64,000 nucleotides of DNA from Candidatus Obscuribacterales bacterium. Lineage in GTDB: Bacteria; Cyanobacteriota; Vampirovibrionia; Obscuribacterales; Obscuribacteraceae. Position numbers and translations under genes: made by a program. How positions within the stretch are numbered: the first letter of the stretch is position 1; each line of letters starts with the position of its first letter. Positions 30,478 to 41,303 of the stretch are shown piece by piece. The stretch covers positions 928,001-992,000 of the forward strand of contig CBDDIJ010000003.1 of assembly GCA_965228855.1 (NCBI GenBank), written 5' to 3'. The notes beneath the pieces were generated by a model. That model saw only the letters and a list, made by a program, of their open reading frames with translations. It was not told where the DNA came from and did no database searches.

Positions 30478-31407
30478 ATGCGCTTGAGTCCCGTCAGAGG
30501 AGCCCTTGTGGCTGCTGCGATTTGCGTTGGTGGTCTTTCCTCAGGTATTGGTGTTGCGTTTGCCTTCGATGCTTCTGCAGAAGCACAATCCGCTGGCGGT
30601 GGCGCTCCTGATGAGTTTCTCAAGACCTATTATGCCGCGATGACCAAGGCGACTGGACCGAAAGACATCGAGCCGTTTATGGCTAAAGTGGTCAAGGAAA
30701 AAATAAAGCCCATCCCTGAAGAGGCTGCACTCGGACCGTTCTTCGCCGCGATGATTCACGAAACACATCCTGCTGAGGTCAAAATTGACAGCAAAAAAGA
30801 GGATGGTGGTCGCGTTCTCTACGATCTATCTCCGGTGAGCGTTCCAAAAGCTTGTGCTGACATGGCTAAAGACAAGAGCTTCAGCATGAGAGGTAGTGCC
30901 GTTTTAGTTAAAGAAGATGGTCTTTGGAAAGTTTATAAAGACTACTGGGTTGCGGAGTCAAAGAACTCTGATGGCAATATGCGTATGGCGTTCGGCACAG
31001 ATCCGGATAAGAAAGACGATAAAACTGAAGCCGGTTTGTCAGGTGATTCGCCCGCAGGCGGCGCGGAAAAGGCTGACTACTCTGATACTTTGCGTGATTA
31101 CTTGATGTCGAAGTTCAAACATGATGGCAGCGGAAAGCAAATCTATATATCCCTGAAAGTTGGTGCTGATGGGACTGTCAGCGATTTAAACGTAGGTGGT
31201 GAGAAATCACAGAAAGATGCGGAAGACAAAGTCAAAGCATTATTCGCTTCGGTGCAGCCACTACCGGCGCTACCAGCCGACATGGCGAGCAAGCCTTATG
31301 CCTGGATGATGTTCGACTGGCAAGATAACGGTGGCATCTGCATCTCCGGTCCTTATTTCCAGGAAAACACACCCGATTGGATCATCAAAAAGATGAGTTC
31401 CAAGTAG
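30478..31407 (+). CDS. Secreted protein, possible TonB-C-like C-terminal domain
   Basis: GGAGGA RBS, signal peptide, ISLKVGADGTVSDL...VQPLPALP pattern. Confidence 0.65.
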   Translation: MRLSPVRGALVAAAICVGGLSSGIGVAFAFDASAEAQSAGGGAPDEFLKTYYAAMTKATGPKDIEPFMAKVVKEKIKPIPEEAALGPFFAAMIHETHPAEVKIDSKKEDGGRVLYDLSPVSVPKACADMAKDKSFSMRGSAVLVKEDGLWKVYKDYWVAESKNSDGNMRMAFGTDPDKKDDKTEAGLSGDSPAGGAEKADYSDTLRDYLMSKFKHDGSGKQIYISLKVGADGTVSDLNVGGEKSQKDAEDKVKALFASVQPLPALPADMASKPYAWMMFDWQDNGGICISGPYFQENTPDWIIKKMSSK

Positions 31408-31416
31408 CTGATTGGA

Positions 31417-31480
31417 AAAGCTGATTTCGGTGTGAAAACTGATTTCGGTGTAAAAATTGATTTGGTTTTGAAACTGATGT
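31417..31480. repeat. 18-bp degenerate tandem repeat (AAACTGATTTCGGTGTRA x about 3.5)
   Basis: Read directly; lies between convergent genes. Confidence 0.75.
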
Positions 31481-31497
31481 TCTGAATGAGTCGGCAA

Positions 31498-32148
31498 CTA
31501 AAGCAAATTGAGCTTGTGCTTCGAACCCAACTTGGTCGTGAGAATTTTCATGAATTGCTCTTGCACCGTAGTTAGTGGCTTGGCTGCATCGAGAATTCTC
31601 CAGCGTTCCGGTTCTGCCTCTGCCAGCGCGAGGTATCCGCTGCGTACTCTTTTATGAAAGTCTATGGCTTCGCGCTCAATCCGATCTTCTGCGCCGGGGT
31701 GCAATCGAGAGAGCCCATCCTCGCTTTGAATGTCGAACAGAATAGTCATCAGCGGTTTCAAGCCGCCGGTCGAGAGTTCGTTCAAATCCTTGATCAGTTT
31801 GATATCGATGTTGCGCCCGTATCCCTGATAGGCGATGCTCGAATCGACGAATCGATCGCAAAGCACCAGTTTGCCAGCTTCGAGGGCTGGTCGAATCACT
31901 TCTGCGACGTGCTGCGCGCGGTCTGCCTGGTAGAGCAGCAGTTCCGCCATGGGCGCGACTTCCATTCCCGGCGTGAGCAAAATGCGTCGAACCTGCTTTC
32001 CAAGCGGTGTGCCACCCGGGTCCCGAGTGACTAAGTGAGGCACATCCAGGTTGGTGAGCGCCTTCGACAACAACTTTACCTGTGTCGTTTTGCCGGCTCC
32101 CTCCGGACCTTCCAGCGTTATGAACGTGCCCGGATATGTGTCGTTCAA
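31498..32148 (-). CDS. tmk: Thymidylate kinase
   Basis: FITLEGPEGAGKTTQ, LLYQADRAQH, LCDRFVDSSIAYQG; likely TTG start overlapping the upstream TGA. Confidence 0.96.
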   Translation of the reverse strand: MNDTYPGTFITLEGPEGAGKTTQVKLLSKALTNLDVPHLVTRDPGGTPLGKQVRRILLTPGMEVAPMAELLLYQADRAQHVAEVIRPALEAGKLVLCDRFVDSSIAYQGYGRNIDIKLIKDLNELSTGGLKPLMTILFDIQSEDGLSRLHPGAEDRIEREAIDFHKRVRSGYLALAEAEPERWRILDAAKPLTTVQEQFMKILTTKLGSKHKLNLL

Positions 32149-33005
32149 TTCAGCAGTGCGTTCAGCTTTTCTTTTAGTGTCGGCCGGCAATCTAAGAAAT
32201 CCTCCATACGATCGACGCTTTGCCCCTCTTTGTTGAGGAAGACGGCGATCGGCGCATCCTCGATATTGTACTTCTCCAGTAGCGGTTTGTTTTTGCTGTC
32301 CTCAAATCTATATTTTTCGAAGCGGATTCGGCCCTGATAGGCGCGCTCTAAATCTTTATAAATTCCCTGGAGCTCGTTACTCGTGGCATCGTCGCTCAGC
32401 ACCATGATCATCGTGCCGCGAGGAGCATCCACTGCCAGAGTCGGCTTTGGGTTCGAACTGGTTGGCTCAGGCGCACTTCGATTGGTCGACGATGATTGCT
32501 TCGCGTCTCCCTGGGACGGTTTCGCGGCAGCGGCGATCGGTTTAGAACCGCCCAGAGCCGCCAAACCAGCATGCGCTCGCTTAGCAACTTCCGTATTCGG
32601 TCCGGTGGCAGCCAGCAGATACTCTGCACGAGCGGCGGCGGCATTGTGCAGGTAGTGCATAGCCAGTGCCCGGTAGTAGTGGGCGGTTTGATTCTCGGGG
32701 TGCCGAGAAATTATCCTGTCCACATGGATCATGACATTTAAATATCTTTTGGCGCTCAATTCCGTCTGCGCAAGCCTCAGCAGTGATTCTGTCTCCTGAT
32801 CACTTGAAGCGTTTGGCGGCTCATCTTTGGCTAAACCGTATTCGCTTGCCGCGAATGTTAGCAGTAAGAGTGCCGCGAGCAAGGTTGTGCCTCGTTTATG
32901 AGACGTCGAAACCGGCTTATTATCTTGATTCCAGCAAGTCTTTCCAGGCATGTTCGTATCCTTGAGGCGGCTAGCCATGCGCAGACAATTGATGCAGTCG
33001 AGCAA
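32145..33005 (-). CDS. Secreted TPR + thioredoxin-like domain protein
   Basis: Hydrophobic leader, AHYYRALAMHYL TPR, C-terminal KYNIEDAPIAVFLNKEG Trx-like motif without CxxC; start uncertain. Confidence 0.65.
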   Translation of the reverse strand: MLDCINCLRMASRLKDTNMPGKTCWNQDNKPVSTSHKRGTTLLAALLLLTFAASEYGLAKDEPPNASSDQETESLLRLAQTELSAKRYLNVMIHVDRIISRHPENQTAHYYRALAMHYLHNAAAARAEYLLAATGPNTEVAKRAHAGLAALGGSKPIAAAAKPSQGDAKQSSSTNRSAPEPTSSNPKPTLAVDAPRGTMIMVLSDDATSNELQGIYKDLERAYQGRIRFEKYRFEDSKNKPLLEKYNIEDAPIAVFLNKEGQSVDRMEDFLDCRPTLKEKLNALLN

Positions 33006-33268
33006 TATTGTCCATCTTCTTGCGCCATTTTTCCATCATGGCGAGGCTCGTGCGATGCACTCGCCGTGCTATCATTAGCGACCTTAACGGGAATCAAGAT
33101 TTGCTGTCGCATCACTTGTAATCTCGTTGACGGCTGAACGGTTTCAATGAGCGGGTCCACTGACTGATGGACGCCTGCTGTCTCGTTTGGAAACCTCAGC
33201 TTAGCGTGTGGCAATACACGCGACCGATGAATCTGTGTAGAACGACTTTTGGAGCGAGGTTAGAGGCA

Positions 33269-34771
33269 ATGGCTATGACATTGGCAGCACCCAAGGTGAA
33301 GGTAGACCGAGCGTGGCAACTGTACATCGACGGTAAATTCGTCGATGGTGGCTCAACACGCGAGCTAATCAACCCGGCTGACGGCAAGGTTCTCTGCAAA
33401 GTGCAAGAAGGAACGGCCAAGCACGCTGAAGCTGCGATCAAGGCGGCTCGCAAGGCATTCGACGAGGGTCCGTGGCGCAAGAGCACTGCTGCAGAACGCG
33501 CAGCCCTCCTCTTCAAGCTCGCTGACAAGATCGATGAGCATGCAGAAGAATTGGCAGAGCTTGAAACTCTTAACTGCGGAAAGCCGCTTAGAGAAGCACG
33601 TTTCGACATGGCTGACGCAGCGCAATGCTTCCGCTACTACGCAGGTCTGGCGACCAAGCCTAACGGTTTCACCGTAGAAGTGCCCGCACCATCGGTGACT
33701 TCGATTGTGCGTGAACCGATTGGTGTTTGTGGTCAAATTATTCCGTGGAATTTCCCAATGTTGATGGCGGCATGGAAACTGGCTCCAGCTCTGGCTGCCG
33801 GAAATACCTGCGTTTTGAAACCATCCGAGTTTACCCCTCTTACCGTAATCAGATTGGTTGAGCTTCTTGATGAATGTGGTCTTCCTCCGGGCGTCGTGAA
33901 CGTAGTTCTGGGGCTCGGACCGGAGGTCGGACTGCCAATCGCTGAAAGCACTCTGGTGGACAAAATTGCTTTTACCGGTAGTGTGAAAACCGGAAAGGTG
34001 ATCGCTCAAGCCGCGCTCACCAACTTGAAAAAGGTAACTTTGGAACTTGGCGGCAAGTCTCCGATGGTCGTATTCAGCGACTTCGATATCGACACTGCAG
34101 TTGACTACGCACTCTTTGCAATTTACTGCAACGCCGGACAGGTTTGCTCTGCCGGTTCCCGCATCGTCGTCGAAGACAAAATTCACGACGAATTCGTCAA
34201 GAAAATGAGCGAGCGCGCCAAGAAGATCAAAGTGGGACCTGGAATTGATCCAGAAACCGAAATGGGACCGCTAGTCAGCGAGTCGCAATTCAAGCGCGTT
34301 CTCGAGTACATTGAAGTTGGTAAAAAGGAAGGCGCTAAACTTCAGTGCGGTGGTACGAAGTCCGAAGGTAAGGGGTTGAACGAAGGCTTCTATATCAATC
34401 CGACGATTTTCTCTGACACCAAGCGCGATATGCGTATCGTTCAAGAAGAGATCTTCGGACCAGTTGCGGTTATTCAGAAGTTCTCGGATGAAAAGGAAGC
34501 TGTGGAGATCGCTAACGATTCCGCGTACGGTCTTGCCGGTGCGGTATTCACCAACGATATCACCCGTGCCAACCGTGTAATCAAGGCAATTCGTGCCGGT
34601 ATCACCTGGGTCAACGGCTATCACAACACATATAACGAGTGCCCATGGGGCGGCTACAAACAGAGCGGCTGGGGCAGAGAACTCGGCACGTTCGGTCTTG
34701 ACGCTTACACCGAGGTTAAACAAGTCAACATCAACCTGGAGCCAGTCGCAGTAGAGTGGTTCCAAAAGTAA
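33269..34771 (+). CDS. NAD+-dependent aldehyde dehydrogenase (betaine/aminoaldehyde type)
   Basis: IIPWNFP, FTGS, LELGGKSP, GQVCSAGSR, EEIFGPV. Confidence 0.95.
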   Translation: MAMTLAAPKVKVDRAWQLYIDGKFVDGGSTRELINPADGKVLCKVQEGTAKHAEAAIKAARKAFDEGPWRKSTAAERAALLFKLADKIDEHAEELAELETLNCGKPLREARFDMADAAQCFRYYAGLATKPNGFTVEVPAPSVTSIVREPIGVCGQIIPWNFPMLMAAWKLAPALAAGNTCVLKPSEFTPLTVIRLVELLDECGLPPGVVNVVLGLGPEVGLPIAESTLVDKIAFTGSVKTGKVIAQAALTNLKKVTLELGGKSPMVVFSDFDIDTAVDYALFAIYCNAGQVCSAGSRIVVEDKIHDEFVKKMSERAKKIKVGPGIDPETEMGPLVSESQFKRVLEYIEVGKKEGAKLQCGGTKSEGKGLNEGFYINPTIFSDTKRDMRIVQEEIFGPVAVIQKFSDEKEAVEIANDSAYGLAGAVFTNDITRANRVIKAIRAGITWVNGYHNTYNECPWGGYKQSGWGRELGTFGLDAYTEVKQVNINLEPVAVEWFQK

Positions 34772-34811
34772 TCACGACTTAAGTTCTGTGCTGCGCCAAA
34801 AGGGCGCATAT

Positions 34812-34851
34812 GGAGGGAGCCGCAAATTTGCTGGCTCCCTTCCCCGTTTTT
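34812..34851 (+). terminator. Intrinsic terminator
   Basis: AGGGAGCC/GGCTCCCT stem followed by a T run. Confidence 0.65.
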
Positions 34852-35133
34852 CCTCATGTAAAACTTTCTCCTGCACCGTATCTGGTGCAAGTATAAATTT
34901 AGATTCTTCCTCAGTTCCAAATCGAGGGGATATCGAGAAATTCAGTACCCTTGGTGCCTCCGAGGGAGTGATTGCAATGTACATCTCCAACGATGCGACA
35001 AAGTTGCAATGGAGCGGTTCGTTTTCTTACCGTCAAGATTCTGGCCGGCTGACCTCTCAAGACGCTTTGCTAACTGTCGAAACTTTGCTATCCTGCGGGC
35101 GGGGAGCGCTTCTATGCGCTGAAATGAGGAGCG

Positions 35134-36246
35134 ATGGACCGAAAGTTACCCGTTGAAGTTAAACGTGACATCGACAGAGTCAGAAATGGGCTGTTAATGT
35201 CTTACGGTTTCATGCTTTCTTTCATCGGTATTTGTCTATATACCATTGTTCTCTTCGGTTTATCCGGCAACTACGCGCAAGTTGCGGTGCTGGGCTCGCT
35301 TCTTGCGCTGCTGACCATGCGGTGGCTTCCAGCCGGAATGTATTATCTGATTGAATGCACCACCGCAAATGATCTCGTAAACGAGCGATACGCGCGTGTG
35401 GAAGCTCGGTATGCGAAGGGTTTGCGCGTTCTTAAACGCTTGCCTTTTGCCGATAACTACTGGAAAGCCGCGATGCTGTTTCAAATTGGTCGTATGCGCA
35501 TGTTTCAAGGTTTTTTCGATGGGGCCGAGACGCCCATGGAGCAAGGAATAGAGATTGCTCTACGCGACAAGGGTCTGAAAAACTCGTCTTTCGTTGCTAT
35601 GTTGCATGCGAATCTCGGAGTTGCGTATGTTCGAGCACAGCGGATTGTCGAAGCTGAGATGCAGTTTGAGGAAGCGATGAATGCGTTTCCTCCTGAAAGT
35701 AAATTGAGCGCTTCTCAAAAACCGCTAATAGCCGCATGCAAAGCCTATGTGAACATCTCTATGGGGAGTTCGAAATTCGAACTGGGTGAATTAGACAACG
35801 CATACGAGCTCATCATGATTGGAATGACCGTGCTTCAAAGCGGAAAACCGCCTGCGCCTCTCCAGTTGATTCACGTAAGACAAACATTGATGCATTGTCA
35901 CGCGATGTTAGCGCTTATCGAAATGCGCAAAGGCCAGTTGAAGGAGGCGGATGAGCATTTCGAGCGTTTCATGACTGCGATGGTGACCGATCGTCCTCTG
36001 CTTACTTCTACGCATTTGCGCGTGCTGTCTTTGTTGGCTGATGAGTATCTTCAGCGGGAGATGTACGAGAAGTCCGAGAAACTGCTGGAAGGTGCTTACA
36101 GAGTTGGTCTTGAGTCACCGCATCATCCGGATGCGCAACTCCTGCTGAATATCTTTGAAAAGCTGCTTGTGGCGACTGGGCGAGCAGGCGAGGTTGGGGA
36201 TATGCGTTCGTGGCTGAGGGTTGGAAGCGAAATCGTTATCGTGTAG
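35134..36246 (+). CDS. Membrane-anchored TPR-like protein
   Basis: Two N-terminal TM helices; TPR-like AMLHANLGVAY. Confidence 0.7.
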   Translation: MDRKLPVEVKRDIDRVRNGLLMSYGFMLSFIGICLYTIVLFGLSGNYAQVAVLGSLLALLTMRWLPAGMYYLIECTTANDLVNERYARVEARYAKGLRVLKRLPFADNYWKAAMLFQIGRMRMFQGFFDGAETPMEQGIEIALRDKGLKNSSFVAMLHANLGVAYVRAQRIVEAEMQFEEAMNAFPPESKLSASQKPLIAACKAYVNISMGSSKFELGELDNAYELIMIGMTVLQSGKPPAPLQLIHVRQTLMHCHAMLALIEMRKGQLKEADEHFERFMTAMVTDRPLLTSTHLRVLSLLADEYLQREMYEKSEKLLEGAYRVGLESPHHPDAQLLLNIFEKLLVATGRAGEVGDMRSWLRVGSEIVIV

Positions 36247-36401
36247 CTGAAATTGGCTTCGGCTTTAGCTTTCTTCGTTTTCACTCATATTTTGCATGCG
36301 ATGTCTTTATAAATAGGTTTGATAATGAGATTGTTCAAATCAGGCTATTTGTATGAGCGTTATTTTATTTCTCGTCTGACGCAGATGTCGAAGAGGCGCG
36401 G

Positions 36402-38606
36402 GTGGAGCGCTATTCGCTTGACAATGGTGGTTGTCCCTCAAAAATTTCCCTAGTTCAAAGCCGGCAACATCTGGCGCGGGAACACCTTGGCATGCTGGGG
36501 TGTCATGATACAATGGCGCACGGCCTGCACGGTAGGGCATTTGTGTTTAAACTCGATATAGAAAAGAACAATAAGAATCGCTCGCGGTTCGTGACACTAA
36601 TGGCGGTGTCACTTATTCTGGGCAGCGCAGCAACACCTGTGATCTCTGCGCCTGTATGGGCGCAAAACGCAGCACCGAATCTTTTGCAGGGTGAGGTCGA
36701 GGACGATGAAAACGTTCCGGAATCAGACGCGCCTGCTTCCGGTGAATCCGCTCCTGCTGCCGGTTCTGAATCCGGCAAGAAAAAGCTGACTGTTGATGAG
36801 ATAAAAATCGAAGGCAACCGTTTGGTTTCCACCGAAGATATATCGAGTGTATTGAAAACCAAGCGCGGCGACGCATTCGTTAGAGAGCAGGTTTTTGATG
36901 ACCTCAAAGCGATCAACGAAATGGGATATTTCGATGAGAAACAGCTGCAAGTCGTTCCTGAACTGGCAAACGGCGGTGTCCTTCTTAAGATTCGAGTTGT
37001 TGAAAACGCGCCTGTGACGCAGTTCTCATTCCAGGGGAACGACGTCGTTAAGACTGAAGATATCTCGAAGATATTTTCCGACCAGCTTGGAAAACCGCAG
37101 AATTTGACGCAATTGTCCAGTTCTATCGACAAAGTCGAACAGATGTATCACGACAAGGGATTTGTGCTTGCACGCGTTACGGACGTCAAGGACTTCCCGG
37201 ATGGCAGCGTCAGTCTGACAATCAATGAGGGAACGATCGACGAAATCGAGATAAGCGGCAACAAGAAAACTAAAGACTATCTCATTCGCAATGGTCTGAA
37301 GTTGAAGCCTGGGACGGTTTATAACGAACAGCAGTTAGCTACTGACCTGAAAAAGCTTTACGCCAACGGTTACTTCCAGGACATTCGGCGCAGTTTGGCG
37401 CCATCGGAAGCGAACCCTGATAAGTTTGCCTTGAAAATCGAGGTTGACGAGAAGCGCACGGGAAGCGTCGGATTGGGTGGCGGTGTTGATTCCGTGGCCG
37501 GACCTTTTGGCTCGATGAGTTTCTCTGATTCTAACTTTCGCGGTCGGGGACAGGTTTTGTCATTCAACTCGCAAGTCGGCTCAGGTGTATTCGGTAATTT
37601 CAACAATACCGTAAACAACGGCGGCACAAGCTTTTTGCCTACACAGCGGACGTATCAAATCGAAGCAAGTTTTATCGAACCAAATCTTAAAGGCACGAAC
37701 ACATCCATGGCCGTCACTGGCTTTGGACGGAACTTTGCCAGCATGATGATCGATCAGTCTACGCAGAGAACGCTAGGCGCGAACGTCACATTCTCGAAAC
37801 CCTTGAAAAAAGGCTGGTCGACAAACGTTAGCTTGATGGGCGAAAACACAGGGTTGAAGGACCTCGGCGATTTGCTTGGGACCGACAGCATCATCAATTC
37901 CATGTCTCAGCGCGCTCTTGAGACCGGTCTTGCGTCCAGTCAAGCCGGTGCAAATGCTCTTGCCGGCTCGGTCCGAAAAGATCAGCTGCGCGGCGGTACA
38001 TTCTTCACAGTGAGTCCGTCTCTGACTTACGATACGCGAGACAGCGGCATCGACACCAAAAGAGGCACCAATGCCAGGTTTACGGCTGGTCCTTCCGTTG
38101 GTTTGAACGGAGCTAGTTTCGCTAAATTCGGCGGAAGCGTGAGCAAATACATGCAGCTCGGCAAAGGTTTCACACTTGCAACCAATATGCAGGGTGGAAC
38201 CGCCGTCGGCGGTATCCCGCAATTTGCCCAGTACAGGCTGGGCGGTTGGAACGGGCTGCGCGGCTACAGGCAATTTTCCGACCTGGGAACTGGAACCGCG
38301 ATGCTCATGGCTACGGCAGAAGTTCGCCATTCGCTGCCATTCCCGAAAGACTCTGCTGTTGGCCGTTTGGTAAACAAACATGTCCAGGCGGCAGCGTTCT
38401 TCGATGTTGGTCAGGTGACTGGAAACGGTCTGTCCAACGGACTTTTATCGAGATCTAACGTTGGCGCGTCGGTAGGTTTTGGTCTGCGCGTTAAGGTTCC
38501 CATGGTCGGGCTGGTGCGCCTCGATTACGGCTTACCGCTCATCCAATCGGTGCTGAATCGTGGTTTTGTACCTCGATTTACGGTTGGTTTTGGAGAGAAG
38601 TTTTAA
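36402..38606 (+). CDS. bamA: Omp85/BamA outer-membrane assembly protein
   Basis: POTRA repeats (IEGNR, ISGNKKTK), LRGY motif, RLDYG, C-terminal GFGEKF; the real start is probably downstream, near 36545-36600. Confidence 0.92.
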   Translation: MERYSLDNGGCPSKISLVQSRQHLAREHLGMLGCHDTMAHGLHGRAFVFKLDIEKNNKNRSRFVTLMAVSLILGSAATPVISAPVWAQNAAPNLLQGEVEDDENVPESDAPASGESAPAAGSESGKKKLTVDEIKIEGNRLVSTEDISSVLKTKRGDAFVREQVFDDLKAINEMGYFDEKQLQVVPELANGGVLLKIRVVENAPVTQFSFQGNDVVKTEDISKIFSDQLGKPQNLTQLSSSIDKVEQMYHDKGFVLARVTDVKDFPDGSVSLTINEGTIDEIEISGNKKTKDYLIRNGLKLKPGTVYNEQQLATDLKKLYANGYFQDIRRSLAPSEANPDKFALKIEVDEKRTGSVGLGGGVDSVAGPFGSMSFSDSNFRGRGQVLSFNSQVGSGVFGNFNNTVNNGGTSFLPTQRTYQIEASFIEPNLKGTNTSMAVTGFGRNFASMMIDQSTQRTLGANVTFSKPLKKGWSTNVSLMGENTGLKDLGDLLGTDSIINSMSQRALETGLASSQAGANALAGSVRKDQLRGGTFFTVSPSLTYDTRDSGIDTKRGTNARFTAGPSVGLNGASFAKFGGSVSKYMQLGKGFTLATNMQGGTAVGGIPQFAQYRLGGWNGLRGYRQFSDLGTGTAMLMATAEVRHSLPFPKDSAVGRLVNKHVQAAAFFDVGQVTGNGLSNGLLSRSNVGASVGFGLRVKVPMVGLVRLDYGLPLIQSVLNRGFVPRFTVGFGEKF

Positions 38607-38696
38607 AAAGCTGAGACAGTATCAGTGGTTGGACATTTTTGAATGTTGTAAGATGACCCAATTGGCAAGTCTGCTGACCACCGTGATTGGCTCACT

Positions 38697-39218
38697 ATGG
38701 AGATTAGAATGCTTAAGTTAAGCAAACCAACGATTCTTTTGGCTGGACTCTTCTTTGCGCAAGCCCTGGCAATGCCTGCGTTCGCTCAAGCGCAGAGTGT
38801 AGGTGTCGTGGACAAAGTAAAGCTATACAGTGCATATCCGCGCCTCAAATCAGCCGCTGATGAAATCAAAAAAGATGAGGAGCGCATTCACAAGCTCATC
38901 GAAAACAGCAACAAAGAATTTGATGTAGCGAAGAAAGCGAAGAAACCGGAAGCAGAACTCAACGCTCTGCATAAACGTCTTCAAACTCAAATCGACAGCG
39001 AGTTCAAGACCTTCCAGAACAAAGCTCTGAACATGGAAAAGGCACTAGAAACTGAACTCGACAACGCTATCAAAGCGGAAGCCACAGCGAAAAACGTAAC
39101 GACCGTTCTCGACAAGAGCGCAGTTCTTCTTGGCGGTACTGATATCACAGACGGTGTCTCGAAGAGACTCGCTGCTTCGCCGACGGTGACAGGTAGCGCT
39201 GACACACAGACCAAGTAA
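38697..39218 (+). CDS. skp: OmpH/Skp periplasmic chaperone
   Basis: Signal peptide, VGVVD, coiled coil, VLDK...GGTDIT; sits between bamA and lpxD. Confidence 0.88.
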   Translation: MEIRMLKLSKPTILLAGLFFAQALAMPAFAQAQSVGVVDKVKLYSAYPRLKSAADEIKKDEERIHKLIENSNKEFDVAKKAKKPEAELNALHKRLQTQIDSEFKTFQNKALNMEKALETELDNAIKAEATAKNVTTVLDKSAVLLGGTDITDGVSKRLAASPTVTGSADTQTK

Positions 39219-39363
39219 TCAGTCAATTTTCGGCGGACCTTGAACCGTTGCTGCTTTGGCGCCCACTGCGATTCTTGCAGGCGTTGAGCTTAAGCAAAGT
39301 TCCCAGGTCCGCCGATTCGTTTAAACAGATAATGCAGACCTGACCAGGCTGCAAGGGGTAGAA

Positions 39364-40488
39364 ATGAAACTTCCAGTTCCCATGACGATGGCACAGATCG
39401 CTGGTTTTGTCGGCGGTACTCCCCATGGTGCTGCCGATACTCAAGTAACCGGTATCGCAGTTGATCCGCTCGAGGCGGTCGAAGGTGACATCGCACTTGT
39501 GATCGATAAACAGTTGATCGCCAAGATGAAAGACATCAAGGCAAGTGTTGTGATTTCGCCTGTGGGCACCGAGAAAGTTCATCCTGACCGAGCCATGATT
39601 CTTGTCGAAAGACCGAAGATGGCGATTCAAAAAATTTGTACCGCTCTGGCACCGAAGAGATTCCTTCCGGAAAAGGGGATTCACCCAACAGCCGTAATAG
39701 ATCCGACGGCGGAGATCGCAGAAGGCGCTCAAATCGGACCGTATGTAGTGGTTGGACCGCAGACCAAAATAGGTGCGGGAACCGTCGTCATGCCCAATAC
39801 CGTGATTGGCGGTAAGGTGGTGATTGGCGAGAAGTGTTTGATTCATCCAGGATGCTTGATTGCCGATTACGTGAAGATTGGAAATCGCGTGATTCTTCAA
39901 CAGGGAGCAAGTATCGGCAGCGATGGTTTCGGTTATACAACTGAGAAACCGGCCAATGCTGAACTGCTGGTTGCCGGTGTTAAAGAGTTGCCTGATGTGA
40001 GACAACCTCTGTTGAAGATACCGCAAACCGGTACTGTAATTATTGAAGATGATGTCGAAATAGGTTCAAACACAACTATTGACCGTGCCACCATTGGTGC
40101 TACCGTTATTGGAGCTGGAACCAAGATCGATAATCTTGTTCTGGTAGCGCACAACTGCAAGATTGGCAATGATGCAATCATCGTCGGTCAAACCGCAATC
40201 GGCGGCTCCTGTGTGATTGGAGATCGTTCCATCCTGGCGGGCGGCGTGCTCATGAAGGATCACGTGAAGGTCGGCAAGGATTCGATCATTGAGGGCGGTG
40301 CTGCTGTCATCAGAGAAGTGCCACCACAAGAAGTGCAGGTCGGAATCCCGGCTATTGGCGCACGTGAGTATTTCAAACAACTCGCGCATATTAAACGGCT
40401 GCCTAAGGTCAATGATGAAATCAAAGAACTGAAGGCACGTTTGGTTCAATTGGAAAAACAAATTCTCGAAAAATCGTTGAAGAGCTAA
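39364..40488 (+). CDS. lpxD: UDP-3-O-acyl-glucosamine N-acyltransferase
   Basis: IHPTAVI hexapeptide repeats, [24 protein letters not shown]. Confidence 0.95.
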   Translation: MKLPVPMTMAQIAGFVGGTPHGAADTQVTGIAVDPLEAVEGDIALVIDKQLIAKMKDIKASVVISPVGTEKVHPDRAMILVERPKMAIQKICTALAPKRFLPEKGIHPTAVIDPTAEIAEGAQIGPYVVVGPQTKIGAGTVVMPNTVIGGKVVIGEKCLIHPGCLIADYVKIGNRVILQQGASIGSDGFGYTTEKPANAELLVAGVKELPDVRQPLLKIPQTGTVIIEDDVEIGSNTTIDRATIGATVIGAGTKIDNLVLVAHNCKIGNDAIIVGQTAIGGSCVIGDRSILAGGVLMKDHVKVGKDSIIEGGAAVIREVPPQEVQVGIPAIGAREYFKQLAHIKRLPKVNDEIKELKARLVQLEKQILEKSLKS

Positions 40489-41303
40489 TGTCATTGCCAG
40501 CAACTTTAGGAAAACCTTTGAAGTCCTTCTCAGGACGTGGTATCACTTCTCGCCAGGACATCGGCGTTTCGCTGTACGAGGCAGAGCCGGGCACTGGCAT
40601 TGTTTTCATAATCAAGGATGCAAACTCGGACGAGAAAATTTTGCTTCCGGCAAAAGCCGATTATGTCGTAAACACGCTTAGAAATGTGGTGCTCGGACAG
40701 GGGCGGTCGCGCCTTTGTTTAGTCGAACATATTCTTTGTGCCGTCGCTCTGTCTAACATTGATGACCTCTACATCGAAGTTGAAGGTCCTGAAGTTCCGC
40801 TCGGGAATGGCAGTGGCGACCTCTGGATGGACCTGTTTCAGAGTGCTGGTTTAGTTAAGGAACTGCCAGCGGCGACTATCGAATTAAAGCATCCTGTTGT
40901 CGTGCACAGAAAGGATCGCAGTCTAATCGCGATTCCGGATGAAACGTTCTCCGTCACCTACTTGATGGATTATAAACATCCGAAAATCGGAAAAATCTGG
41001 AGAACGTGGACCACCGCGGATGGTACCGCTGAGATTCTGAACGCTCGCACGTTCGGATCGCTAGCCGAACATAAGATGCTCGGTTTAGAAGAACTTGTTG
41101 TGAGCATGACAGAAGATGGTTTCACTATGGATCTTCGTTGGGAAGATGAACCGGTGCGTCATAAATTGCTCGATCTGGTCGGCGATTTGATGCTCTGCGG
41201 TGTGAATCCTTTGAAGATCAAGGCGCGTTTCATCGGCATGAAGAGCGGTCACGAGATGGACGTTGACATGGCGAAGCAGTTGGCGACAGCAATTCAGGTT
41301 TAA
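40488..41303 (+). CDS. lpxC: UDP-3-O-acyl-GlcNAc deacetylase
   Basis: VEH, GPEVP, ARTFG, HKLLDLVGD, KSGH. Confidence 0.92.
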   Translation: MSLPATLGKPLKSFSGRGITSRQDIGVSLYEAEPGTGIVFIIKDANSDEKILLPAKADYVVNTLRNVVLGQGRSRLCLVEHILCAVALSNIDDLYIEVEGPEVPLGNGSGDLWMDLFQSAGLVKELPAATIELKHPVVVHRKDRSLIAIPDETFSVTYLMDYKHPKIGKIWRTWTTADGTAEILNARTFGSLAEHKMLGLEELVVSMTEDGFTMDLRWEDEPVRHKLLDLVGDLMLCGVNPLKIKARFIGMKSGHEMDVDMAKQLATAIQV

